The notes under the pieces are model-generated. The model was not told where the DNA came from. It ran no database searches and was given only the letters and a program-made list of their open reading frames with translations. Below are positions 39,775-47,956 of a stretch of DNA of 64,000 bases, in pieces (the stretch's first letter is position 1; each line of letters opens with the position of its first letter). A program made the position numbers and the translations under genes. Location: NCBI GenBank assembly GCA_030746635.1, contig JASLMH010000002.1:6348-70347 (forward strand), written 5' to 3'. Origin of the DNA: Alphaproteobacteria bacterium (GTDB taxonomy: Bacteria > Pseudomonadota > Alphaproteobacteria > GCA-2731375).

Positions 39775-42700
39775 ATGTCCGAACCAGACCAGGACCTTTC
39801 CGTCGAAATCCGCGTGCACCAATCCATGCTGGTGGTGCGCGGCATGCCGGTGCTGATTTTGGGCAATATCGCCGCCGTGGGGTTGGTCGTGCTGCTCGAT
39901 TGGGCGCGGTTTGTTTCCAGCCACGCATGGTTTGCGGCGGTGGTGTTGCTCGTTCTGCTGTTGCCGCTGGCCGTCAATTACGTACGCCTGCGCGACAAAC
40001 CCAGACCGGATCGCGCCAGCCGGCGACGGATCCGCCGCATCGAAATTCATTCGTTATTGATGGGGTTGGCCGTCGCCGCAATGGCCGCGCTGATCACTCC
40101 TAGCCTGGGCGCGATCGAACAAGTCCTGATAGGGACTCTCGCTCTGTTTCTCTGCTACGGCGCGGTAGCGGTGGTTGGGAGTATCCCGGTAGCGGCGCTG
40201 AGCTATATCCTGCCGATTTGGCTGGCGGCGTACTTGGTGCTGATGTTCAGCGGACCCATCGGCCAGGTCACGTTGGGCGTGGTGTTCTGGGTGGCGTTGA
40301 TCGCCTATCTTCAGAATTGTCGGCAGAACTGGCTGGATTTCCGCTCCAACGTGGCGTTGTCGTTGGAACGTGCGCGTATCCTGCGGGAAAAACTGGAAGC
40401 GGAAGCGGCGCGGCAGACGGAAGTCGCCAAGACCCAACGGCGCATGGTCGATGCGATTCCATTTCCGCTGGTTCTAACCAGGGGAAATACCCTGCTGCCG
40501 ATGGGCAAGATGGCCGCGCGCATGTTCAAGGTTGAACTGGAGGAGGTGGACAGCCGTACGGTAACGGATTTTTTCGTCGATCCGGACGAGCAGCAAAACA
40601 TGATCGCATTGCAGGCCGCCGACGGCCAATTGGACGAGTACGAAGTTCGCCTGAAGGATTCCGAGGGCACGCCGTTCTGGGTCATGGTGTCCAGCCGGCC
40701 GATCGAATTCGAAGGGGAGCCTTGTTGGCTGAACTCGATCGTGCCGATCGACCAACGCAAACGGGCCGAGCGGGAATTGAGCGATAGTCGCGACCTCTTG
40801 CAGGCCCTGGCCGACAACATTCCCGAGTTCATGAGTTTCAAGGACCTCGACGGCGGCTTCCGATTCGTCAACAACTGTTTCGAGGAATGGACCGGTCTAA
40901 AACGCGACAACATCATCGGCAGGACGGTTCATGATATCTACCCGGCCGAGCAGGCGGACGCGTTTGCCGTCCAGGACCGCGAATGCCTGGACAGCCGCTC
41001 GACCATCGCCCGGGAAATTCTGCTCGACTATCCGGACGGCAGGTCCCGCACGGTGATCAGCACGCGGTTCCCGGTGCTGACCTCGGCCGGCGGACTGCTC
41101 GGCCTGGGCACCGTCAACTACGACCTCACCGCACGCAAGGCAATGGAGGAAGCCTTGCGGGAGAGCGAGCGGCGGCTGATCGAGATCCTCGACCTCAGCC
41201 CGATCGCCGTGTCGATCGTCGATGCCGACAACGAACGGCTCTACGGCAATTCCCGGCTGGCCGAGATGCTCGACCTCGACCGCGACGCCTTGGTCGGCGG
41301 CGACCGGGTCCGCGCCTTTGCGCCGGAAGACATCGCGCGGCTTTACGCTGGGTATGAAAAGGATGGCGTCGTCAACGACTTCGACATCGAGGGGCGGCGG
41401 CCCGATGGTTCGAGTTTTTGGGCCACCCGCTCGATGGCGCCGATTCACTTCGAAGGCAAGCCGGCCACGGTCCATTGGGCCTACGACATCACCGAGCGCA
41501 AGCGGGCCGAGCAGGCGCTGGCCAATAAAGAGGCGCAGCTTCGGATAGCGCTTGACAACATGCCGGGCGGTCTGGCGCTCAACGATGGCTCGTTGGTCTA
41601 CACTGTGGTGAATGAGAAAGCTCATGACCTGCTGGAATTGCCGGACCACCTCATGCTGCCCGGTGAGCCGGTCGAGGGTGTGGTGCGGTATAGCGCTGCG
41701 CGCGGTGACTATGGCGAGGGGCAGGTCGGGGAGCTGGCCAACCGGCGGCTCGAGGCGATACGCACGGGCGAACAGTTGATGATGGAAGTGCAGATGCCGA
41801 GCGGCCGATACATCAACGTTCAACGCCAACTCCTCGACGATGGCGGCAATGTGTCCATCTTCGTCGACGTCACCGAGCGCAAACGGAACGAGATCGCCCG
41901 CGCGCGGGCCGAACAGGAAGCCTTGGAGAAGACCAGGATCCTCGAGCTGACGCTGACTAACATGGGCCAGGGTCTCACCATGTATGACGCCGATTGGAAG
42001 CTGGTTTCCCACAACCGGCAATATGCCGAGCATTTTGATCTGCCCGATGATGCCTTCGAAGGGGAAAAGACCTTCGACGACGTCGTCGGCGCCACCATGC
42101 GCCAGGACTACGGGGACGAGTGGCGGGAGCGGTTGGCGGCGGTTCGGGATCCGAGCCGCATGAGGGATGTCTGGCGCCGAGAATTCACCCGCCCCGACGG
42201 CCGAAGCCTGGATCTGCTGAGCAATCCCATCCCGGCCGGCGGTTTCGTCGTCACCAGTACCGATATTTCCGAGCGCAAGCGGGCCGAGCGGGAACTGGCC
42301 GAGAAGGAAGCCCAGCTTCGCATCGCCATGGACAGCATGTCCGACGGGATCTTCACCCTCGACGCCGAGCTGAACTACATGATGTTCAATCAGCGCTATA
42401 TCGAGCTGGTGGCAATACCCGAACAGCTCTTCGAGGTCGGCAAGCCGATCCGCGATGTGCTGGTCTATGCCGCCGAACACGGTTTTTACGGGCCCGGCGA
42501 CGTGGACGAGCAGGTCCGCCAGCGCATGGCCTCGTACGAAGACGATTCCTATCTCGAAGTTGAACTGGAACCCCATGAAGGCCGCACGGTCGCCCTGCGC
42601 AAGTCGGCGATTGAGGGAGGCGGCGCGGTCGCCGTCCTCTCGGACATCACCGAACGCAAGCGGGCCGAGCAGGAAGTGGCCGAGGCCAAGGAGCGGGCCG

Positions 42701-43428
42701 AGCAGGCGAACCGCGCCAAATCGCATTTCCTGGCCAATATGAGCCACGAGTTGCGGACCCCGATGAACGCCATCCTGGGCTATACCGAGCTGATACTCGA
42801 CAACATCTACGGCGAGGTGCCCGAGAAGGTCCGCGAGATCATCCGGCGGGTCGAAAACAACGGCAAGAGCCTGCTCGACCAGATCAACGACGTGCTGGAT
42901 CTGTCGAAGATCGAGGCGGGCGAATTCACCATCTCGCTCGACGAATACGTCCTCCAGGACATCGTCGGCAAGGTGATCTCGGACCTGGAATCCCTGGCGG
43001 CCGAAAAGAACCTGACCCTGGCGGCCGAGGTGCCGCCCGACCTGCCCAGCGGCCTGGGCGACGGCCGGCGCATCGTTCAGGTGCTGCTGAACCTGGTCGG
43101 TAACGCCATCAAGTTTACCGACGAGGGCGGGGTTACCGTGGCCGTGTCGCTGGCCGATGACGGGTTTCTGGTATCGGTGCGCGACACCGGTATCGGCATT
43201 TCCCAGGCGGATCAGGCGGAAATCCTCAACGAGTTCCATCAGGTCGACAGCTCCTCCACCCGCACGCGGGGCGGCACCGGACTTGGCCTGACCATCGCCC
43301 GGCGAATGATCGAACTGCACGGCGGCCGGCTGTGGATCGTGTCCGAGTTGGGCAAGGGCTCGACGTTTTCCTTTAACCTGCCGATGCGGGTCGAGCAGGC
43401 CGTCAAGAACATGGGTGAGGCACTATGA
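39775..43428 (+). CDS. membrane-bound multi-PAS sensor histidine kinase (no receiver domain)
   Basis: 1217 aa: N-terminal 6-TM sensor module, about 5-6 PAS/PAC repeats punctuated by DITERKRAE linkers, HisKA (HELRTPMNAI) and HATPase_c (GTGLGLTIAR). Confidence 0.85.
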   Translation: MSEPDQDLSVEIRVHQSMLVVRGMPVLILGNIAAVGLVVLLDWARFVSSHAWFAAVVLLVLLLPLAVNYVRLRDKPRPDRASRRRIRRIEIHSLLMGLAVAAMAALITPSLGAIEQVLIGTLALFLCYGAVAVVGSIPVAALSYILPIWLAAYLVLMFSGPIGQVTLGVVFWVALIAYLQNCRQNWLDFRSNVALSLERARILREKLEAEAARQTEVAKTQRRMVDAIPFPLVLTRGNTLLPMGKMAARMFKVELEEVDSRTVTDFFVDPDEQQNMIALQAADGQLDEYEVRLKDSEGTPFWVMVSSRPIEFEGEPCWLNSIVPIDQRKRAERELSDSRDLLQALADNIPEFMSFKDLDGGFRFVNNCFEEWTGLKRDNIIGRTVHDIYPAEQADAFAVQDRECLDSRSTIAREILLDYPDGRSRTVISTRFPVLTSAGGLLGLGTVNYDLTARKAMEEALRESERRLIEILDLSPIAVSIVDADNERLYGNSRLAEMLDLDRDALVGGDRVRAFAPEDIARLYAGYEKDGVVNDFDIEGRRPDGSSFWATRSMAPIHFEGKPATVHWAYDITERKRAEQALANKEAQLRIALDNMPGGLALNDGSLVYTVVNEKAHDLLELPDHLMLPGEPVEGVVRYSAARGDYGEGQVGELANRRLEAIRTGEQLMMEVQMPSGRYINVQRQLLDDGGNVSIFVDVTERKRNEIARARAEQEALEKTRILELTLTNMGQGLTMYDADWKLVSHNRQYAEHFDLPDDAFEGEKTFDDVVGATMRQDYGDEWRERLAAVRDPSRMRDVWRREFTRPDGRSLDLLSNPIPAGGFVVTSTDISERKRAERELAEKEAQLRIAMDSMSDGIFTLDAELNYMMFNQRYIELVAIPEQLFEVGKPIRDVLVYAAEHGFYGPGDVDEQVRQRMASYEDDSYLEVELEPHEGRTVALRKSAIEGGGAVAVLSDITERKRAEQEVAEAKERAEQANRAKSHFLANMSHELRTPMNAILGYTELILDNIYGEVPEKVREIIRRVENNGKSLLDQINDVLDLSKIEAGEFTISLDEYVLQDIVGKVISDLESLAAEKNLTLAAEVPPDLPSGLGDGRRIVQVLLNLVGNAIKFTDEGGVTVAVSLADDGFLVSVRDTGIGISQADQAEILNEFHQVDSSSTRTRGGTGLGLTIARRMIELHGGRLWIVSELGKGSTFSFNLPMRVEQAVKNMGEAL

Positions 43429-43790
43429 GTAAGCGGGTCTTGGTGGTCGAGGACCAGGAAGACAATCGGCAGATCATGGAGGATATGCTGACCAACGCCG
43501 GTTATCAGGTGTTCAAGGCGAAAACCGGTGACGAGGGGGTGGCGTTGGCGGAAGCCCAGGTTCCCGACCTGATCCTGATGGATATCATGTTGCCGGGGAT
43601 TGACGGCTACGAGGCGACCCGCCGCATCAAGGCCCAGGCGGCGCTGGCACGAATTCCGATTATCGCGGTCACCTCCTACGCCATGCAGGGCGAGGAAGAT
43701 AGGGCAATGGCGGCCGGCTGCGATGCCTATTTCGGGAAGCCGGTCAGTCCGCGGGTCCTGTTGGCCAAGATCCAAGATTTTATCGGCTGA
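43425..43790 (+). CDS. single-domain CheY-like response regulator
   Basis: 121 aa, with the phospho-acceptor D in DLILMDIMLPGIDG. The ATG overlaps the HK stop (ATGA). Confidence 0.85.
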   Translation: MSKRVLVVEDQEDNRQIMEDMLTNAGYQVFKAKTGDEGVALAEAQVPDLILMDIMLPGIDGYEATRRIKAQAALARIPIIAVTSYAMQGEEDRAMAAGCDAYFGKPVSPRVLLAKIQDFIG

Positions 43791-43811
43791 GTGAAACCTC
43801 GGGAGTCTGTC

Positions 43812-44996
43812 GTGAGATCACCGCCATTGATCCTGATCGTCGACGATAATCCGACGAACCTGGACATTTTCGAGACCCGGCTGACCGCCCACGGCTACCA
43901 CGTCATCACCGCCGGCGACGGCGAGGCAGGCCTGGCCTTGGCCCGGGAACGCCAACCGGACCTGATCCTGCTCGATATCATGATGCCGAAACTGGACGGC
44001 ATCGAGGTCTGTCGGCGCTTGAAGGGCGATCCGGCGCTGCCCTTCATGCCGATCATCCTGGTCACCGCCAAGTCGGACGCGGCCGACGTGGTCGCCGGCC
44101 TGGAAGCCGGCGGCGATGAATATCTGATCAAGCCGGTGGACCACGGCGCCCTGGTGGCCCGGGTCAAGTCGATGTTGCGGATCAAGGCGCTGCACGACAC
44201 CACCCGGGAGCAAGCCGGCCAGCTGGAGGCCGAAGCGGCCAAGCTGGCGGCGCTGAACGAAACCCTCGAGGAACGGGTCGCCCAGCAGGTCGAGGAGCTG
44301 GATCGGATCGGCCAGTTGAAGCAGTTTTTCTCGCCGCAGCTCACCGATCTCATCGTGTCTTCCGATTCCGATGACCTGCTGGCAAGCCATCGCCGCGAAA
44401 TCACCGCCGTGTTCTGCGATCTGCGTGGATTTACAGCCTTTGCCGAGGCGGCGGAGCATGAGGACGTGATGCGGCTGCTGGCCGAGTACCACGAGAAGGT
44501 CGGGCCGCTGATCTTCGAGTACGAGGCGACCCTGGAGCATTTCGCCGGCGACGGCCTGATGGCGATCTTCAACGATCCGGTGCCCTGCCCGGACCCCGCC
44601 GCGCGGGCGGTCCGGATGGCGGTGGCCATGCGCGATGCGGTGACCGGTCTGGCGGAGAGCTGGCGGCGGCGAGGCCATGAACTGGGCTTCGGCGTCGGCA
44701 TCGCCCTCGGTTACGCCACCTTGGGCCAGATCGGCTTCGCCGGGCGTTTCCACTACGGCGCCATCGGCACCGTGCTCAATCTGGCCTCGCGCCTCTGCGA
44801 CAGTGCCGAGCCCGGGCAGATCCTGATCACGCCACGGGTCCATGTCGACGTCGAGGCCCTGGTCGAGGCCGAGCCCATCGGCGAACTCGACCTCAAGGGC
44901 TTCCGCAATCCGGTGCCGGCTCTCAATCTGGTGGCCTTGAAGCCAACACCGGGGGCGCGTTCGCCAGATCCAGCAAAAGGAAGGCCGGCGTGGTGA
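43812..44996 (+). CDS. response regulator receiver fused to class III adenylate/guanylate cyclase domain
   Basis: REC domain (LILLDIMMPKLDG), coiled-coil linker, then CHD cyclase domain (FCDLRGFT, FAGDGLMA). GTG at 43812 with GGGAG SD; an alternative GTG at 43791 lies directly after the upstream stop. Confidence 0.8.
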   Translation: MRSPPLILIVDDNPTNLDIFETRLTAHGYHVITAGDGEAGLALARERQPDLILLDIMMPKLDGIEVCRRLKGDPALPFMPIILVTAKSDAADVVAGLEAGGDEYLIKPVDHGALVARVKSMLRIKALHDTTREQAGQLEAEAAKLAALNETLEERVAQQVEELDRIGQLKQFFSPQLTDLIVSSDSDDLLASHRREITAVFCDLRGFTAFAEAAEHEDVMRLLAEYHEKVGPLIFEYEATLEHFAGDGLMAIFNDPVPCPDPAARAVRMAVAMRDAVTGLAESWRRRGHELGFGVGIALGYATLGQIGFAGRFHYGAIGTVLNLASRLCDSAEPGQILITPRVHVDVEALVEAEPIGELDLKGFRNPVPALNLVALKPTPGARSPDPAKGRPAW

Positions 44997-45411
44997 TGTC
45001 GTGGCTCCAGCGCCGGAGATGACGAACGCGGGCGCGGGGGTGCCGGCGGCATGGCGCCGGCGCCGCCTCGTCGAGGCTCCGCCGCAGGCGGGCGGGAAAC
45101 CCGGCATCCTCGAACTTCGGCTCGGGACCGAGATCGATCACCAGATGCCGACCCGTTGCCGTCGTCCGCAGCATGGCGCAGCTTCCCGTGGCCCGCCGCA
45201 GCAGGGCGTGGGCCGCCGTCGTGCTCATGCCGTCAAGATCCACCAGGTAAAGGCTCAGCCCGATCCGGGCGGTGCCCAGGCGCGCCAGCAGTTGTTGCAG
45301 TTCCGCCAACAGGATTTCATCGTCCAGGCCACAGGCGGCCAGCGCCGCAAGGCAGGCCGTGTCGACTTCCTGGCTCAGGGTGGTGGTTTCAGTGCGCCGA
45401 TAACCATGCAT
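44923..45411 (-). CDS. hypothetical protein (approx 160 aa)
   Basis: ORF with high GC3, no recognisable motif and a weak SD. Its 3' end overlaps the convergent cyclase gene by 74 nt. Confidence 0.35.
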   Translation of the reverse strand: MHGYRRTETTTLSQEVDTACLAALAACGLDDEILLAELQQLLARLGTARIGLSLYLVDLDGMSTTAAHALLRRATGSCAMLRTTATGRHLVIDLGPEPKFEDAGFPARLRRSLDEAAPAPCRRHPRARVRHLRRWSHDITTPAFLLLDLANAPPVLASRPPD

Positions 45412-45523
45412 GGCTGAGACCAAATCAATTGCCCTCTTCTTGGTTGCCGGCGCTCTTTGTATTTAGGTCGCCGACGAAGGCATTGGTTGGGCAAATCTGT
45501 GACATTTGCATGGTCGCGACCAT

Positions 45524-45856
45524 TTACGCTCCCAAACGCCAGCGGTAGCCGAACCTCGGATAGTTTTCGATTGCATCGAAGCCGGGGTCGATATCGCGGA
45601 ACTTGCGGCGGATACGCTTGATGAAGGCGCGGACGTTGACCTCGTGACCGGCCGGTCCGGCGCCGGCGGTGAAGCCCGTGCCGCGGACCTGGTCATAGAG
45701 CCGCCGGTAGGACACATCATGGCCGGGCGGCAGGGCCAGGCATTCGACGATGGCGTATTCCCGCAGGGTCAGCCGGATTTCCCGGCCATCCCAACAGGCC
45801 CGGCGGCCCGCCGGGTTCAGGCACAGACGACCATGGACAATTCGCTGCTGCGGCAT
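45524..45856 (-). CDS. standalone OmpR/PhoB-type winged-helix DNA-binding domain protein (no receiver domain)
   Basis: From MPQQRIVHGRL with GAGGGA SD. LTLREYAIVECLA...VRAFIKRIRRKF...YPRFGYRW is a trans_reg_C signature. No N-terminal REC domain exists in the frame. Confidence 0.55.
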   Translation of the reverse strand: MPQQRIVHGRLCLNPAGRRACWDGREIRLTLREYAIVECLALPPGHDVSYRRLYDQVRGTGFTAGAGPAGHEVNVRAFIKRIRRKFRDIDPGFDAIENYPRFGYRWRLGA

Positions 45857-45976
45857 CGCCGTATTCCCTCGGGATCGTGATGCAGTGGCCCGACGTCCCC
45901 CGTTCTCGGGTCGGATCGGCGCTTCTGCGGCCCTCGGGAAGCCACGATTGGGAAACCACAATCGAGGTTCTGGCTG

Positions 45977-46000
45977 TTAATCTTTGGTCATAAAGATTAA
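45977..46000. promoter_or_regulatory. perfect AT-rich palindrome TTAATCTTT-N6-AAAGATTAA (candidate operator) in divergent intergenic region
   Basis: 9-bp perfect arms with a 6-bp spacer, in a GC-rich context between the divergent starts at 45856 and 46056. Confidence 0.45.
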
Positions 46001-46055
46001 CAAATGGTTGCCGCGACACGCCGCGATGCCCATGCCTGGAGTCGGAACGGAAAAC

Positions 46056-46397
46056 ATGCCGCCGAAAAGCAATCCCCTGCGCCTGAACAAATTGCAGCTA
46101 AAGACCCTGACCCTGTTTCAGGAGCTGGCCCGCTCGCCCCAGACCTCGACCGAACAGCAGAACGGCGACGTGCTGATCACCATGCTGCCGCGGCCGCACG
46201 GCAACCATTTCCACATCGGCGAGCGGGTGGTGATGGCGGCCGACGCCTCCGGCCTGCAAAACCCGGCCGCCTGGCGGGCGCTCGAGCGCAAGGGCCTGAT
46301 CATGGGCAATTTCCCCCTGGCCCTGGTCCTCACCCAGGCCGGCCGCGACTACCCCACCGAGATGCGCGATGCCATCCTGATCGGCGCCGATCACTAG
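46056..46397 (+). CDS. hypothetical protein (approx 113 aa)
   Basis: Coding-like codon usage, no recognisable motif. Start ambiguous (46026 or 46056). Confidence 0.4.
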   Translation: MPPKSNPLRLNKLQLKTLTLFQELARSPQTSTEQQNGDVLITMLPRPHGNHFHIGERVVMAADASGLQNPAAWRALERKGLIMGNFPLALVLTQAGRDYPTEMRDAILIGADH

Positions 46398-46431
46398 GGT
46401 GGAGGCGCGACGGCGGATCGCCAAACGCGCC

Positions 46432-46845
46432 TCAATGGATGCCGTTGGCCCGTTGCACCTCGCGGATGTATTGCACGATGGCCTGGATCTCCAGGTGCTT
46501 GACCTGGGGTTGCGGCGGCATGTCGCCGAACCGCCAATGGTGCTGGCGCACGCCCACGGCAGCGGCGCGGCGGAAGCTCTCGTCGCCGTGGTGGCTGGGC
46601 TCGTAGATGCGGTGGATCAACGGCGGCCCCTTGTCGCCGCCGCTGCCATGGTTGCCGTGGCATTGCACGCAGTTCGCCTCGAACACCTTCTGGCCGGCCT
46701 TGGCCAGGCCGCTCAGCTCGGGCACCGTCACGCTGGCGCCGTTGGCCCCCGGCGATCTGGTCAGGTACCAGATCACCCCGGCCGCCAGGACCGCCGCCGC
46801 CAGCACCGCAATGGCCGGCCGTGTTGATTTTCCAACCACCGTCAT
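46432..46845 (-). CDS. membrane-anchored c-type cytochrome
   Basis: Single CVQCH haem-binding motif after an N-terminal TM anchor. GGAG SD. Confidence 0.7.
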   Translation of the reverse strand: MTVVGKSTRPAIAVLAAAVLAAGVIWYLTRSPGANGASVTVPELSGLAKAGQKVFEANCVQCHGNHGSGGDKGPPLIHRIYEPSHHGDESFRRAAAVGVRQHHWRFGDMPPQPQVKHLEIQAIVQYIREVQRANGIH

Positions 46846-46947
46846 TCGCTCAACTCCGCCCATGCAACCGCCGCGAATCCTGAGGCTTACAGTTGGGGGA
46901 AGGTCAAGGCGGGCGCGGGGGTCTTGCGCCCGGCCCGGCCTCGGCCC

Positions 46948-47829
46948 ATGTTCCGGGGCATGAACATCAACGGTCTACTCAGCCGCCTGCCGATCAAGGC
47001 GTTGCGCGACCGGGCGCCCTTGGTGCCGGTGGTGCGCCTCTATGGGGTGATCGCGCCCCAGGGCTCGCCGCTGCGCTCGGCCATCAACCTGGCCGCCCTG
47101 GCCGGTCCGCTGGAGCGGGCCTTCGCCATGCGCGGAGCCAAGGCGGTGGCCCTGGCGGTCAACTCCCCCGGCGGCTCGCCGGTGCAGTCGGCCCTGGTGC
47201 ACGACCGCATCCGTCTGCTGGCGGCGGAGAAGGAACTGCCGGTCTATGTCTTCTGCGAGGACGTGGCGGCCTCGGGCGGTTATTGGATCGCCTGCGCCGG
47301 CGACGAGGTCTATGCCGCCGAGACCTCGATCGTCGGCTCGATCGGCGTCATCGCCGCCTCCTTCGGTTTCGAAGGCGCCCTGGACAAACTGGGGGTGGAG
47401 CGCCGGCTCTACACCTCCGGCGACAAGAAGGGCTTCCTCGATCCCTTCCTGCCGGTGAAGGAGGCGGACGTCAAACGCCTGACCGGGCTGCAGAAGGAGA
47501 TCCACGACGCCTTCAAGCGGCACGTGCGCGAACGTCGCGGCGAGCGGCTGACGGCCGGCGACCGCAAGCTGTTCTCGGGTGAATTCTGGACCGGCGCCAA
47601 GGCGCGGGAGCTGGGCCTGGTCGACGGCATCGGCGACCTGAAAAGCGTCATGCGGGAGAAATTCGGCGACAAAGTGCGCCTGAAGGTGATGGAGCCCGGC
47701 AAGGGCTGGCTGCAGCGGCGCCTGGGCCTGTCGTCGGGCACGGCCCCGGGTTTGTTGGACGGCGGCATCGGCCGCGATCTCTTGGCCACCGTCGAGGAAC
47801 GGGCTTGGTGGTCGCGTTACGGTCTCTAA
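46948..47829 (+). CDS. S49 family signal peptide peptidase SppA-like
   Basis: GSPVQS and the DVAASGGYWIACAGD catalytic-Ser region typical of SppA (36K type). Start uncertain (46948 or 46960; the track starts at TTG 46924). Confidence 0.8.
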   Translation: MFRGMNINGLLSRLPIKALRDRAPLVPVVRLYGVIAPQGSPLRSAINLAALAGPLERAFAMRGAKAVALAVNSPGGSPVQSALVHDRIRLLAAEKELPVYVFCEDVAASGGYWIACAGDEVYAAETSIVGSIGVIAASFGFEGALDKLGVERRLYTSGDKKGFLDPFLPVKEADVKRLTGLQKEIHDAFKRHVRERRGERLTAGDRKLFSGEFWTGAKARELGLVDGIGDLKSVMREKFGDKVRLKVMEPGKGWLQRRLGLSSGTAPGLLDGGIGRDLLATVEERAWWSRYGL

Positions 47830-47852
47830 GGCGCTGCGCCGGGTCCGACATG

Positions 47853-47936
47853 GATTGCCGGATCAAGTCCGGCAATGACAATAAGCCATTGAAATATATA
47901 CATTAATTGTCATTGCCGGGCTTGACCCGGCAATCC
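47853..47936. repeat. palindromic MITE/REP-like repeat element, copy 3 (variant)
   Basis: ATTGCCGGATCAAGTCCGGCAAT hairpin, then the AT-rich core GACAATAAGCCATTGAAATATATACATTAATTGTC, then the ATTGCCGGGCTTGACCCGGCAAT hairpin. Shares the ATTGCCGGG...CCCGGCAAT stem with copies 1 and 2. Sits between convergent sppA and the acyl-CoA synthetase. Confidence 0.65.
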
Positions 47937-47956
47937 ATCATGCCCCTTGGCGCGTC

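Noticed and set aside
40897-43320. 807-aa minus-strand ORF inside the multi-PAS histidine kinase gene
   Set aside because: Antisense shadow; the plus-strand product has clear PAS, HisKA and HATPase motifs.
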